In this document: piece after piece, positions 1 through 14,672 of the stretch
Layout: every line of letters starts with the position of its first letter
Numbering within the stretch: position 1 is the stretch's first letter
Source of the DNA: Phoronis australis
Taxonomy: Eukaryota; Animalia; Phoronida
DNA: 64,000 nucleotides
Reading direction: 5' to 3'
NCBI GenBank assembly: GCA_002633005.1
Contig: NMRA01000751.1
Span: forward strand, 103,666-167,665
Notes under the pieces: generated by a model
Seen by the model: the letters and a program-made list of their open reading frames with translations, nothing else
Database searches by the model: none
What the model was told of the DNA's origin: nothing
Position numbers and translations under genes: made by a program

Positions 1-1811
1 AACATGTGACATTTTGCTCAGCAGCAGAGCGTTCGGCTGCTATTATGGTGCTGGTGTGTTTGATTCCACGCTATTGCTAATTTCTGTACAAATATTTTTC
101 TCACCGAGTTTTGTTTTTCGCCCATAAGTGTATCTACAAAACCCACTGCAGGATCTTTATTAAATTTAGTAAGTGAATTTATGTGAAGATAACAGACGAT
201 GACTGTCAGGCGGATCAAACGGACGCTGTGCCCACAAGTGGCAATTTCAATTTGTTGTGTTTTCCTTCGTTTCTCTGAAGTTCCTTGACAGATTTTATGA
301 AATATGGCATGATCCCGTTCTTGGATGGAGTGTACGTTTTTGCGCCATCTAGTGGCCATTTTTATGATATAAATAAATAACCCTAAAAGCGCACCATTTG
401 CGATGCATTGGTGGGCACATTTCAACGCTCCGCGTTGCTCTTGTTACAAAAATACCTCACATTTTGCAAGTTGATTTTTCATAGAAACCAAACTAAGATA
501 CTAACTGAAAATTCCTAACAGCGTTTTTTGAGGTAAGTGGTGAAGTTTTCATTAGAAAGGTTTTATTAAAATCGACCGAAGGATTATTTTGCTGTGAATG
601 TACCTTTCTTAAAAATAAAATTTTGACTTCAAAATGTGTTAACGTAATAATAATAACGGCACATAAATATTAAATATTATTTTTATAATCCCCGATCTTT
701 GTCCTTTCGGAAAACATATAATTTTACCAGTTGACGGAGTCTGGGTTTTTGATATATGAGATAGAATTGAGACCATTAAATAAGGTTTGATATAACCTGA
801 AGATGAGTGCTTACAAATGGGTAATTCTGCTCTTGTGACTTTTGACGTAAGCTGATACTTTGAAAATTATATTGAAACACCCCATTAAAAAGCCATTCCA
901 TCGCCTAGTCTCCTTAACTCGCTCTCCTCAGACATTTTTTTGCATGACGACTTTACGGTCAAGATTGGCGACTTTGGACTGGCCACAGTGAAGACACGGT
1001 GGAGTGGTTCACATCAGTTTCAACAGCCCACTGGCTCCATCTTGTGGATGGTGAGTGAACTACCGCAGCTGCCAAAATGAGTCCACTTTCGTAAAAGTTA
1101 TGCACTGGATAACAACAGTGGCAACGAAGTATATGTCATATTGCCAAGTTGAATAATGCTTTTGATGTCGTGCAAGGGTCACACTTATCCAGTTTATTAA
1201 CCGCAGCTGTGATGGTCTTCTGCACTTCTGTGTGAATGAGTAGTCACAGAATGTAGTTTCCTAGAACTATTATAAGTGTGAAACGGTTATAAACCCGCCT
1301 TCCATCACAAAAACACCTGACTAAGACCACTTACTGGTCTCAAATTGCTCCTTTGTCAAAGCGGAGGTTATTTTTCGTGCTTTGAAAGAACTGACAGTTC
1401 ATTAGTGCTGGAGACCAGTCTCTGCCAGTTCACTTGTCACAGCCGGTCATTGTATGTGCCAAGCATGGTCTCGAAGCGTAACGAACTCTCAAGTCTTTGC
1501 AAACCTATAAATCTAAATCACTTCTCATCTGAGTAAGGAGCAAGCTGCAGTAAATGGTTTAAACCAAAAGTTTGCTTCTTGGGACGGTAAGCGGGATAAG
1601 CTTGATTAGCTAAAAAATATTTGAACTGCGACAATATATAGCGCCTGTACAATATGGAATTTGGTATTATAATATTGCATAAACTCAAGTTGTTAATGAT
1701 TGTTCAGGAGCTTGTTTAAATTTATAATTTTGGCACAAAGGAAGCATGAGTCGATGCTTTGAGTAGTGTGTTGCGTGTTGATGCTAGCCACAGTTGTATA
1801 TTACCTTGCAG

Positions 1812-1943
1812 GCGCCTGAGGTTATCCGAATGGAGGAAGAGAATCCATACACACCCCAGTCAGATGTTTACGCGTTTGGCATCTGCCTGTATGAGTTGAC
1901 TACCAGCCAGTTACCTTACTCACACATAAATAACAAGGATCAG
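1812..1943 (+). CDS. BRAF: Raf family Ser/Thr kinase, internal exon (kinase subdomains VIII-IX)
   Basis: ttgcag|...|gtacac boundaries; 132 nt encoding [44 protein letters not shown], closely matching Raf kinases. Upstream exons lie outside the window. Confidence 0.95.
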
Positions 1944-3094
1944 GTACACTAGCTCCACACTTTGTCATAATTAGGGATTAAATGGCTAATAGTGCTTTAT
2001 GGCTCAAAACTGTGTGACAACCGAAATTCATTTTTTTCATCTAATGATGGAAGTTATTGAATTAGTGAAAGTGAATAATATTATCATTAAATATTTACTT
2101 ATTATTTTTATTATTTAGAGCTGAAACAGCCAATGGTGGTGTGAAAATATGGGTGTTGTATACGTCACGTTATTAACTGTGAAATATGGGAAAGTAGAGC
2201 CAATCCGTGTAGAGCAGTAGAAGCCATATACAACAGTAGAAGCCCCATTTTACAGTTGGTGTGTAGTCTTCTGGTGAAGTAAATTTGGGTTACCTAAAAC
2301 ATTGATTGAAGACGTGGCTCCTAAGAAAGCAGTGTTACTGTTGTAAAAACAGCAAAGGTTGAGCAATGGAAATCACGATGCGACTATGGTTAGGCCTCGC
2401 TAGTTTCAGTCTGGGTCATCATAAGTAGGTCAAACTAACTAGCGTCCCCGGCCAACAAAATGAGCCAAAAATGATAACTTCGGTTTTATTTTCATTCGTG
2501 GATGGCATCATAACAAGCCATCTATCTTTAAGTCGTTAGTTTTTGTAACAGAAATGAAATTCTGTGTAAGACAAGTTTTGTCATTTGTAGCTCTTAAAAG
2601 TAGGATGCACAATTGTATGACACACATGCAAAAGATATTTTATAGCAACTCTTGAGCTAAGTATTATATTGACTTAAGTTTTGAATTGGTTGCAAGTGTT
2701 CTAGAGGTTTGGTACATGTCTTACTTTTCTGAAAAAAATGAACCAAAAAATGAAACTGAAGCTCGTCCCGAAACTGAAAACTTTGAGCTGTTTTCAGCCC
2801 TTATGATAGTAGTATTGGCGATGGTTGTGTTCTCATTGATTAGCGTAGATGATTAACATCTTTACATTTGATACAAGTTGACTTTGATCCAGCTTCCTTC
2901 TCAAATCAGCAAGGATCTGATTGGTAAAGTGGAACCTTAGTGATGATCCTGTTAGTAGTGTTACCTGTTGTTTTCATTAAGTGCCTTTATCGTATGCCTG
3001 GATGTGGTATCGTTATTGGAAGCTCTTTGGTGGGTCTTGCTTCTTTTGGATTAGAAAAGATTTTATTCGTGGTTATATGGAGAATCCTACAGGA

Positions 3095-3210
3095 ATCTCT
3101 GGTTTATGACATGGGCAAAACCTCTTGGAAATTTTGTCAAAATTCTGAGATTTGACGAGGGATTTTGACGAAATTTCCAAGAGGTTTTGCCCAAGTCATA
3201 AAGCTGAGAT
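3095..3210. repeat. Inverted repeat / hairpin in a Raf intron
   Basis: ttatgacatgggcaaaacctcttggaaattttgtcaaaat pairs with attttgacgaaatttccaagaggttttgcccaagtcataa around a short loop. Confidence 0.85.
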
Positions 3211-3920
3211 GAGTGTAAGATTTGTTTTCTCACATGAAGTGTAAAAATGATCTTTTGTGCTAAAAAATTTGACGTGTCTGAAACTTTCAACCACATGACG
3301 CAACTTTTGTAAAAACATGCTTCCGCAGTGTAAAGTAATTCAGTTGCTTTTTGTTAATAGTTTTGTTTTAAGCTTAACAATTGTAAATTGCATTCAGGTT
3401 TCGTAGCAAATATTCAAGTTAGAATCTAATAAATAGTCTGAAGTAATATTAAATATTGATAAATAACAGTCAGCAATGCTTCCCCGCGTGTGAGCACTGA
3501 ATTGACCTTCAAACAGCACAGCTAGAAAGTCTCACTGCATTCCTTGAGTTGGGCAGGTCTCTCTTTGAATGAACGCAGATATGAAATTCATCGTCGAAGA
3601 TGAGTCCGTTCAAGAAGTTTTTAGCATGTCCTGACTGGAGTATGTATAGTTGCGACACCCGATTTGTCAATCATAACCATGTCACCTTCTCGGAATTCCG
3701 GCATTGTTTGTTGACAAGCGTTTGGTTGGTTTAGTGTTTTGCAGACGATAAAATGTAAGACGTATGGATTTTTGCTTTCCACTACTTTGTGACTTGCCCA
3801 TGTAATATCAAAAAAATTACATACTCAGTGTTATTAACCAGTCTTGTCGTAACACATTTCAGGTCATGTGAGAAAATAACGGTTGTTATTCTTGTTACTG
3901 CATGACTCTTATTTCTGCAG

Positions 3921-4055
3921 ATACTTTTCATGGTTGGCAAGGGTTACCTGAGACCGGACTTATCAAAGTGCCGGTCAGACACACCCAAGGCATTCAAGCG
4001 ACTATTGCAGGACTGTTGCAAGTTCAACCGCGACGAGCGACCATTGTTCCCACAG
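3921..4055 (+). CDS. BRAF: Raf kinase, penultimate coding exon
   Basis: ctgcag|...|gtaaa; 135 nt, phase 0, [45 protein letters not shown]. Confidence 0.95.
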
Positions 4056-5658
4056 GTAAAATATTTTGAGATCTAGGATTTTCTGTGAAACTTTATTTTT
4101 GTCTCATTTTTTGAAATTTGAATCTGCTGTTGTGATATGCAGTGCTTTTATTGAAGATTTTAAGGATGGTGAGGATGTGGTTATGCGTATGAAACTTAGT
4201 AAACGGTGTTCGTAAGCACTAAGACTTGCTTTATCAAATTAACTGTTTAGAGCCAAGTTGTAACCAAAGGGCAATGAAAATTCATTAATCAATACATTCA
4301 TAGAAATATTACTAATAGAAAATTAGTGGCACAATAAATAGTTTAATTCATAAAGGTTGAGAATAAGTGCTGTACCTTCATGTGACGTTCTACATTTTAA
4401 TTTTGATTGAATATATGGTAGATTATAGACAACATAGTCGCAACTCCGACATTTTCCTTTGGAATATCCTAGAGGAGGCGCCACTCTCCTCAATGACCAA
4501 TCTCGGCCTCTGATTAGTATATTGTGATGGGGAACTAATCAAGTAACTTCGACATTGTAAAATTGTAAAATTATGGAATTCATCGTTTTCCCTGACAAGT
4601 GTCTTACAAATGAGACAAAAGCAAAGTTGATGTGACTTATACATGCAAAACGCACCAAAAAAAAAAGCAGCCAGTGACCATATGGAACTTTCCTGTGACA
4701 TTTTGAAAATTTTGAGATGTGGCAAATTGTAACTTGCCATTAAACAAGAATTGAATGCAATCTGCGTGAGGGACTGTCTCATTACTTCTGGGAGAGAAGA
4801 ACATTTCCAGACGGTATCTCTGAGATCTAATTGAAGGGTTTTGACGAAACTTGACACAGAGACAAGTGACAGCAATCTGCTGGCACCATTCAATTTTCAG
4901 ATGAATTCGATTCCTTTAGAATCCGTTTTGGTTTCGACTAGAACCTTTCCACTATTTTTAAGCATATGGTGTTTTCAGATCGTCTCTTTTTCTGCCAGTT
5001 TGACCTTTGGGCAGTCCAGCGTCCAGTAAGTGAGTGTCCTGGGCTAGATTTTAGAAAGGGCACGACCTTGACTTGTGTAATTTTAGGTACTACAATTTTT
5101 TAGTTTGGAATTGAATCTCAGTTGCATTGAAAAGCATCATTTCTTTTTGGTCGGCATTATGAAATCCAGGGAATACAGAAATACACAACTGAATTTAAAG
5201 TAAAAAACTTGACAATGACAGACAAATTTATTCAATTGACATAAAATTTACTCAGAATTGATTTGGGCAGTCATTCAGTTCTATACAATGCTGCGTTTGA
5301 GCAGTATTTACCATTAGCACTCATTACAACATACATGTAGAGTCCACTGTAGCCATCTCCTCAACATTTATCAAAATCACAGTGAACGCAGAATGTAATA
5401 ACATCGTGCTCACGTGCAAGTATGCGTACACTTATGTTTGTGAATCTTCTCTGTTCTGACACACCTCTTTGAGGCAGAACCCGTCCTCTTTAATGATGCA
5501 TTTCCGCAACATTTTAAAAATTTCCTTGTTGAAAAAAGTGCGATGTGGTAGTCAACACATTAAAAGACACAGGTGATCGAAATATAATTTTTATTTGTTC
5601 ATTTTTGATTATTATCGTGTCACCGAACTGCCTACTACGACCGATTGTTTCATTGCAG

Positions 5659-5850
5659 ATCCTGGCTTCTCTGGAGATGCTGGCACGCAGCCTTCCCAAG
5701 TTGCACCGCAGCACATCGGAACCCACGCTGAACCGGACGCACTTACAGGCAGACGATCCCGACTTTATGTATACGTGTGCGTCACCCATGACGCCTATCA
5801 ACTGTCAGTTTGGAGCTTTTCCCTTCTTCAGTACACTGTCCAATTACTGA
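5659..5850 (+). CDS. BRAF: Raf kinase, terminal coding exon
   Basis: ttgcag|[63 protein letters not shown]; contains the C-terminal 14-3-3 site RSxSEP and a B-Raf-like SPxTP motif. Confidence 0.95.
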   Translation: MLASLEMLARSLPKLHRSTSEPTLNRTHLQADDPDFMYTCASPMTPINCQFGAFPFFSTLSNY

Positions 5851-8499
5851 GCTCTGTCGATTCTTCTGTGCACAGAATGTCAAACTATATAACATACTCT
5901 GTGGCTCTTGAGGTCTGTTAAGTAAGATTTCGAACTGCAGAGTTGAGCATGCAGAAGGGTGCGTTCAGGGGCTAGAGGACAATGTTACTAATGTCTTATT
6001 ATTACATTCTCTCTAATAAACGCCCACATTTGTACGAGCACCCCCTACTCAATTTCAGACTGCTTGAATAAATACCCCCTGTGAACATTCGAAAGGGAAT
6101 TGTGCTGTAAAGTGTTCAATGTTTCATCTACTTTCAGCAGTACTGAATGGAAACCTTAGTCGCTAGCTTTATTGGTTGTCACTTTGAGCTGTAAAGAAGC
6201 ACTCCCAAAACGTTCCTTTTGAGGTGCACTTGCTAAGGCAAATACCATAAGAAATTGTGGCAAGAACTTAAGAAGTCTCAGTGATTAAGGATGAGTGATG
6301 AATGTGGGTCAGAGGTCACCAGCTGCTGACAGCTTGAATTTATATTTCAGTATTAGAAAAGAACAATTATGGAATATATTTGAAAATTAGCCCATCCAGG
6401 TTTGCAAAGTTGAAGGTGAATTGGTCACTCATTTCTGGAAAATAGAAATCAGGGTCTTTAGATTCCGTTTTTAAATTGAATGACATTTCTAATGAACAAG
6501 TTCCGAAACAAAATTCATCATTGTAGTGTCGGGGAATCCACCAACTCGGTTTACTGAAATTATTCACACTTGTGAAATGTTTTGTTTGCCAGCTTTGACT
6601 GGTTTTCTTATTAATGTTCCCCAGAATCGCTTAATAACTCCGTGTAACAGAGGTTTGTAGTCGATTGTTGTTAAGTGCTTGTTTCCATATATTGTTGCAA
6701 GCAGCATGAAAAGATTGTATTAACGCATGTCTGTTCCTGTGATCACACGGTTTTGGAGGAAGGAGGCATTACGTAGTTATGTGTCACCTGAGTGAATTAA
6801 ATCTAGGCCGTGTTCTTTGGAGGCAAGAAACTCATGAGAAAATCTTGTTTGATAGCATGTTTCGCTTGCAGCTGATGGTGTTATCTCGTGAAGACTTGCG
6901 TGATGTGTTTTTGCGAGTTTCTTGTGTCTGCAGAGTACAACCTGTATTTTACTACAAAAGGAAAGTAATAAGTATTGTCACAAAATTATAAAGATCACAG
7001 CTATACTTAAAACATCATCACTACGTGAAAACAATGAAATATTTTGAGTGGAAATAGCAGACAGATGAAAGGTGGGGCATCTTGTACTAATGTGACATTC
7101 ATTTTGAAATTATGTATAAATTGTGCACTGGCAATACATCCCATACCCTGCGCTTACTTAAAGAAATCCACCTGCGATGCCTTTAATCTAAAAGACTCCG
7201 TGTTGCTAGCAATAGCTCATCCAAAAAGAAAGCTAAAACTGGCACTGACTTTCACTCAACTGTTGCATTTTGAATGTTAGTTATCTCTGCTGGCCTAGTA
7301 ATTTGTCTCTGGCAATGTTGGGGTTTCAAATTATTCATTTTCTGTTGTCGACTGAACCTGTACCATACTATGTATTAAACATGTGTCAGTCCTGCTGCTA
7401 AATTATATTTAAATTATATTATTTTATTATGCTGCATTATTGAACTTATGACTGATGAAGATAAACGTGTGGCCGGTTTTATGACTGACAGCAGGCATAA
7501 CCTGAAATATTGCATATTTTGCCAGCGTGCTTATTGTCAAATGGTAGAGAGTCGGACTTGGTTCTTGCATTTTTTATTATCTTAAGAAACGTTTGATCAT
7601 CAGTGCATATCAATTGTAACCACGGAATTGGGATGACCCAAGAGAATCTGGTTTCAACAGTGTACAATTGTGGGCTAAATCTATTTTCTTTAAAGTTTTG
7701 CCCATCACTATAGCGTTATTCTGCTAGTTGTATTCATCCATAAGCGGCTTAATGAAGTTAGTATCCACTTTTCAATCACAGTACTTAACCTTCACCAAAC
7801 CCTGGATGGTACAGTTATGTTATTTTCATATGCATGTTTTGGTTTGGCATATTTAATGATAGTTGATCACTTATACCTTTGAAGCTACAGTTCTGTACAG
7901 TATTTGTTTGCCCTGCCCAAGTTTCTTTGACCAAAGCCTTCTGAGAAGTACGAATGGATATTTAATACCAACTGAACTGTCACTTAATTATTTTCAATTC
8001 CACTAAATTTTGGAGTTAGTGTCACAGATCCTGTCACAGGACATTTTTTTTGTCAAAGGTTTAAGTGACATCATTTTATAATCAAAGCTATGCTATGTAT
8101 CTCATTAAATTCCATCGAGCAGTGGCGACTGGCTGTATGGAGTGATATCAGGTTTTGGACTGGACGAGGGAAAGGCTTCAGTTTTGTACACAATGTTTCA
8201 GTTTTGGCCAAGATGCCTGCAGTGATTAAAGTTTGAGATGGATTTGACCTTTTTGGCTCCCTCTCGTGGCGATTTTTATTATGCACCCACGTGTACATAA
8301 TGTGGGTGCATGTTGCCATCTTCTGTGTCTGGGGATCGGCTGATATGTTCTTTTGGAGCTGACGAAGGATGGCAAGTTTCGGAGGGATTTGACTACTGCT
8401 GTGCCCCTTAGTGGCAATTATGTATGTTGGGAATTGTTTAATGGATTTTCATGAAATTTCTAAAATAAGTTACTATTAATGAGACCATGATGCCTTTTC

Positions 8500-9611
8500 A
8501 TTTTTATGCGCCCACATATTTATATGTGGACGCATTATGCCGTCATCTCTGTCCGTCCGTCCGGCCGTCCGTCCGGGCGGCGTCCGTCCGGCGTCCGCTG
8601 CTCTATCTCCAAAACCCTTTGACATACATTCATGAAATTTGGCACATATGTTCCATTCATGAATGGGACGGCATGTGCGAACTTTCGGATGGATCCGACT
8701 ACCGGTGTGCCCCCTAGTGGCAATTTTAGTTTTTTACGCTTACCTTTGTATCTTCAAAAGTCCTGAACGGATTTTCATGAAATTTGGTATGTAGGCACCT
8801 AGTAGTGAGATGACGCTATCCTGCCGTTTTCGGATGGATTCGACATAGTTTGCGCCACCTAGTGGCCATTTTTANCCAATAGGGAGCACAGCAATAATCA
8901 AATTCCTACAAAATTTGTGGCCAGCCGTTTCCACATGTGTAGGAAAACATCGCAGAATTTCACAAAAATCCTGTGAAGGATTAAAGAGATGCATTGTTAT
9001 GGAGATGGCAATAGCAGAGTTTGATTTGAGGTGCTCATAGTGGGTGTCCAATTTTGGCATCCTTTCTAACTCTGCAATGTGGTTTGAAGAATTCTTCTGG
9101 AATGCTGTACTATTGAAGGAAAACAATGGATAGCGTCAACTGCTGCTACACTGTGTGGTGGCAGTTTTTTGCCTTTACCTCCATATCTAACAAATTAGAT
9201 GAAGGAGCTTCATAAAACTTTGAGTAAAATTTTATCCAGGTCATCCCATTCTTGGACAGTTCTGATTATTTTGTACTGTGCCCTCTGGTGGTAATTAAAT
9301 TAATTTGCTTTTGTATATCTGCTAAACTGAAGAATTATGGCAAATGAATGAGTTCCTATTAATAAAGTGACCACGACTGTTCTTGATTATTGGATGGATC
9401 AAAGTACTGCAGTGCTCGTAGTGGTTATTTTTTTACAGCTATCATAATTGCTAGCAAGCTGGCCACGTTTTGGGTGTTTACACAAAATTTTAAGTTCATT
9501 ATTGTTGCTCAGTCTAGTATGTGGAAATGTTTGAAACATGGGTACCCCCGATATCTTTGCCATTTGCGATGCACGTGGTAGGCGCATATCAACGCTCTGC
9601 ATTGCTCTTGT
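8500..9611 (+). mobile_element. Helentron/DINE-1-like non-autonomous element (HINE type)
   Basis: Starts in a T-run; 5' hairpin atgcgcccacat...atgtggacgcat; (GTCC)n microsatellite; diverged internal repeats of about 150 bp containing gccccctagtggc; 3' subterminal inverted repeat ggcgcata and hairpin caacgc-tct-gcattg. An N at 8875 interrupts it. A related 5' partial lies at about 8275-8470 and a 3' end at about 400-445. Confidence 0.7.
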
Positions 9612-10495
9612 ACATTACATTGTGTCAAGTGTCCGATTCACCACCACCAACTTGATTTTTTTCAAGTGAGTGAGTTGCATGGGTCTTAAAAAAACTGTGC
9701 CGTTGGTGATGTTGTAGTTTTGGTTTTTAAGACAAGTGTTGCCAGGAAGGACTGGTACTATACAAAAGTCATGCATGTATGTACATAAAATCGCGCAATT
9801 TGCTGTCTGTATTAATAGTAACGAGTAAACAGGGTTATCCCCGTACAAGTGACTCTTCATGTTTGTGCAATGCATTAGTGCAAATTGTCATGTTATGGCT
9901 GGTGTCATGCTGTATTCAGTTTACAAACTCTTGTCATATGCCACCATTGACACTGAAAATTTATTTAACATTTACATTTATTTAAAATGTACAGAATTAA
10001 TGTAAACGTTTGGTTTTTAATCATTCTGTATTTGTTTGTTATGGTGGTATAGTCATGCTGTACTGTAAGTTTATTTAATGCTTGTTTTCTTGACAAGTGA
10101 TTTTCGGATTCATCTAAAAAGAGTTAATTAATAATACAATCAATCATGATGGTAACCATGTAAAAGAATTTTAATTATGGTTCTGAACACATTTTGTAAA
10201 GTGCAGCTATAATTTTGAAATCCCAATGAAACAGTTTACAGTGTAGTGTATCTACCCTCAAATGAGTCTCACGGTTACCACACGTCTTTGTTCAAGTGCT
10301 TCACTTTGAATGCCATAAGTCTTGATCACGGCTAAAATGTGCCGTGTTTCTTTTTACACGTGTCGACATTCAAAATGTCCACTATGCGTGCACCATATGT
10401 ATACCATTAGTTGTAATCTTGTGAATATCAACTAATATCTGTAATCTTGTGAATATCAACTAATATCATTCTGTAAATGATACTGTAATGTACAA

Positions 10496-10501
10496 AATAA
10501 A
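10496..10501 (+). terminator. Candidate distal polyadenylation signal of the Raf gene
   Basis: AATAAA ending a long T/TGT-rich tract downstream of the Raf stop; proximal AATAAA also at about 6015 and 6068. Usage cannot be shown from DNA. Confidence 0.3.
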
Positions 10502-10654
10502 CTGTACGTATAAGCAAAATATTTTATCATGATCATTCCTGGTTATTTTGATAATGGTATATACGTGAATGGCTCTCAAATTTTCATCAGTTTATTGCTA
10601 GATATTGAGGGGGCTTCATTGTATGGATTTTGCTATAGAAATAGTAGTCCAACC

Positions 10655-11010
10655 TCCCTTTGATACACAAACTAGGCGTGATTAGAACGGACTATCGTGA
10701 GAAGACCATCCCCAACAGAGGGCATTGACGTTGAATTGGATTACTACAGAACAGTGTTAAAGAGATGTGGCCATCCTGGGTGGTCATTCCACAAGGCAGA
10801 CCATCGTGTAGTCGGGCCACAGAACACGTAGTTTAATATCAGGATAACATTACTTTTTGTGCCAGGGATTTCAGACCAGGTTAAATCTCTCATGAGGGGC
10901 CACGATATTTCTGTTTTGTTCAAACCAATTAACACCTTAAGGAGTCAGCTAATGAATGTGAAAGATAAGACCACGAAAGAGAAGGTGTCCTTGTTACGTG
11001 TACCAAATAT
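10655..11010 (+). mobile_element. Decayed Penelope-like element fragment (thumb/linker region)
   Basis: HKLGVIRT...LKRCGHPGWSF and PGISDQVKSLMRGHDISVLFKPINTLRSQLMNVKDKT resemble the post-RT region of Penelope-like elements. Confidence 0.7.
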
Positions 11011-13107
11011 CCACAATATCCCTGATATCACACTAGGGTACTGGTTGGTCCCGTTGTTAGCGCGGAAGCGGTACCGGCAGACAATCGTGACCTAGAGATA
11101 TGCGTCTTGTTTTTATCGCATAAGACAGCCAAAGAGAAAATGACAACCATATTAATCGCCAAACTACAGCTACGTCTTTACTTTCAGTTGCCAAGAAATT
11201 CTCAAACCCCTTTACTTGTTTCTGGGGTTATGTGCACAAAATATGATTTGTCTTCCACACACTGTTACCAACGTAAAGTGTAGGCCTACTCCAGCGATTC
11301 AAGTGCGTGAACTCACGAGTGCACACCACCAAATCATGTGTACTTTTCATTAACTATTCAAATATGCTATTTAAAAAACTTCCAAAACAAAAAATTAAAA
11401 ATACTATTGTCTGATTATCTTGAGAATGATAACACCAGAGGCGATGTAATTAACTACCACACCAAGGAGTCTGATGATAACACCAAATATCCTGGTACGC
11501 AAACTGGTCCATTGGCGCAATTTTGACCGGTGCGGGTGTCAATTCAGTTAGGATCTTTTCATGGAGATTCCTATAAAATGAGAGGTGCATACCAGCTGGA
11601 CCCCCGTTGGACTTGAGCCTGCTCATAAAATCCTGCATTCATCTGTGTATTGTTAATCAACAAAAACAATATTTCAGAGAACAGTGATGTAAATAAATTA
11701 ACATGCACATGAACAACAATAAGTATTTGTTTAAAAGATGAAACAAAATGTGTAGTCCTAGATACAATGGAGGCATTTGCACATCACATTCAATATTCTA
11801 TACATTTGTGTTCCATGTTTAACATTGGCAATAAAAATGAATGCACACGTGAAGAGTGGGCGATTGGTCTCGTCATGATTCATTCAGGTAAAACTATTAA
11901 TTTCACAATTCACAATGACATTTGTGGAGTCATGACATATTTCCATTTCATTCACGGATTCTCTATCACCAGGTTGTCTTACATATTTCCCCCACTCACC
12001 TGCCACTTCTCGGGACACCATCGCTGGCATCTCCCCAGTTCTTCACTAATTCTCCCCCCTGCCTAACCAATCAGCCACCCCATGAGCCAAGTTTCACAAG
12101 CTACAAGCTCTTAACCGCTACTTCCCAAAAAGCAATTACTCAAACTGAAACCACAGCTGTGCTTATGCTTATGCCATGGGTATCCCATCTCTGATAGCTA
12201 CTGATGATTTAGGCAAGGTAAGGACATCCGTCATTTGCATATGAAATCCACATAAACACCGACAACTCTGGTTACCGACAACCTTCAGCCGAGGCATGGA
12301 CTTGACGCCGCCACCAAAACCTCCGATGGAAATGGTGTAGTCATTAAAAGCTAATTATACACAGTGTGGCCTTAACATACAAATCGCAAACATGCTTTAC
12401 GGATGAAAAAAATGCAGTTTTACGTTCACCCATAGCACAAAAAAACCTCGCCCACAGAATTTGCCATGCATATGTGAATTCTGACAAGCACGAATAGCAG
12501 ACATACTAAAAAATGAGCACATACAATAGTTACACAATGGACAGATCTCTCTTTGAAATTCACCACTGACAACTGTTGTGCGAGTTCTTTTTCTATTTGC
12601 TGACAACTACCCTCTCGATCTTCAGTTTTTTCTTTGCAGATATGGCCGCAACAACCAACCAACCAGGAATACGGCCAACTCGTAACTTTTCGTCTGCTCG
12701 TGGCCGATTTTAAGAATTAATTAGTATTTCCTTAGAGACACGAATTTGGATGCGTTAGCCTTAAATTTAGAATGTATATATGGCACCATGCATGCAAGTA
12801 TTTATTATGCACATACATTTGAACAAAAGTAATGCCTTTTCTTGCCTTTTTGCTCCTTACCAGTCACAGACTTCACACAAACAGGATCATATGACTAAGC
12901 ATGACTAGTGTTCAGACAGCTGTCCTCTGCATTATATGCAAATATCTTAAGTAACAGATTTATGTATCTTCTGTCTATTCCTGACATTTTCCAAAACAAA
13001 ATTGAAAACAAATCAACATCTACCATTTCACAGCTGAGAAGCCCATCTGTTATGTCATTTAAAATTAACTCTTTCCTTTTCTTCAAATTAAATGTGGATA
13101 AAGGTAC

Positions 13108-13210
13108 CCATAGGTGCATAGGCCTAAATACAAAGGCACAACACCCATAGGTGCATAGGCCTAAATACGTACAAAGGCACAACACACATAGATGCAAAGG
13201 CCTAAATACA
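13108..13210 (+). repeat. Short tandem repeat, about 3 units of 37-41 bp
   Basis: cataggtgcataggcctaaatacaaaggcacaacacc repeated. Confidence 0.85.
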
Positions 13211-14672
13211 GAAATCGGCAATAACAACAAAACAACAAAAACGTTGCAAGATGTTAAAGTGAAATAGCCTTTTAAACCACTCCGTTTCCCTTTCGCCTAG
13301 TGACTTGGGATTATAAACTTGACTTCGCTACTGAAGTATGGAGTAAAGACTACAGTTCCATGGCAAATACAGGTTGGGTCAAAAATGGTACACACTCTGA
13401 CTGTTCACTATCTATTTATGTTGAACATTTTCAACATCGCAAACTTAAAGCAATGTGTGACAGAAACACAAAATTTTTGTTTGATACTGACGCTTTATAT
13501 TTTATCACTTAACACAATTCGGATGACGTTTCCAATCAATGCGCCTCGTCCTGAACTACAGTTGCGACGTGCATATAGAAGTTTGTGATTATGCAGCACA
13601 CATGCCCAGAGGAATTCTTTGAATTTCCTGACAAAGGTTTTCTTTCAGAGACTTATTTGTAGATTGTTGCAGTAAACTCTCTCTTTTAGATAACCCTAAG
13701 ACAACATTCACCAGGATAATGATGAGGGGAGTCTGCTAGCCATAGAGTCTGTGCAAAGCAAGGTGGTCAGACAATCGACACTAAGTGATATACAGAAATG
13801 ACAAGGAAATTTATGCCAGCACAGAGGAGTAACCAGGGGATTGGCATGAATATTGACATTTATATAACATACGTCTTTGTACAGCCGTGCAATAACCGTG
13901 TCACGGGTCTGTGCAAAAGCCCAAAGGTTACTGTATTGTCACGTGACCATAAGAATAACCGTGGTCATGTGACCAAAAACAGCTGAACTACTTTCTGTGG
14001 CTGTAATTCCAAAGTTTCAACCAGTTCAACCACGGTTTTTGCAGAATAAATTACATGAATTTACGTTCATTTTACCTTTCAAAAACTAAACAATTAATAC
14101 ACTGGAGAGCCCTTATCATAAATTCTCCTCGCAGTAACTAAACGAACATGTTTTTGCCACTTGGCCTTCGTTGTCACTCCTTCCTCAAACTCGCCCATTC
14201 ACGACAGCTTGTAAACAAAGCCGGTGAAACTAATCATTGTATACTGCAGTGGTAATGGGAAGAGCTGGATTTGGAGGTGTCACAGTGTCAGGTAGCCAGT
14301 GACATCTATGGGGACCAAGTTAATCAAGAGGAAAGCCAACAATTCATAGAATTGTAAGAATGAGAAAACACTATAAGAAAAAACTGCAAGTGACATCAGA
14401 ATTTTTGAAACCTGACTTTTCAGTGTCATCGTATTCCTACACAAAGCAACGAGGGGGGGAGATCTGAAGTATGTGGCATAAATATTTTGGCTGAGTGTAA
14501 ACACTCACACGGCGCAGCAATCAAGGCTACTACTACACCCATATAAAAACATGCGTAGTTAAACATATATTTATCAACAGAATGTTACAAACCAACACTG
14601 CTTGAATGTTTTACTGGAACACTTCCAACGAAAGTTTCCTAGAAAAAGTCTCATCTAAAATCACATAGATAA

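Noticed and set aside
18-425. 135-aa ORF on the - strand
   Set aside because: It overlaps the 3' part of a HINE-like repeat and has no protein-like features.
4423-4893. 156-aa ORF antisense within a Raf intron
   Set aside because: No recognisable motifs or supporting splice structure; likely chance.
11920-12330. C-rich segment as a gene or DIRS-type retroelement fragment
   Set aside because: Compositionally distinct, but I could not identify any diagnostic motif.
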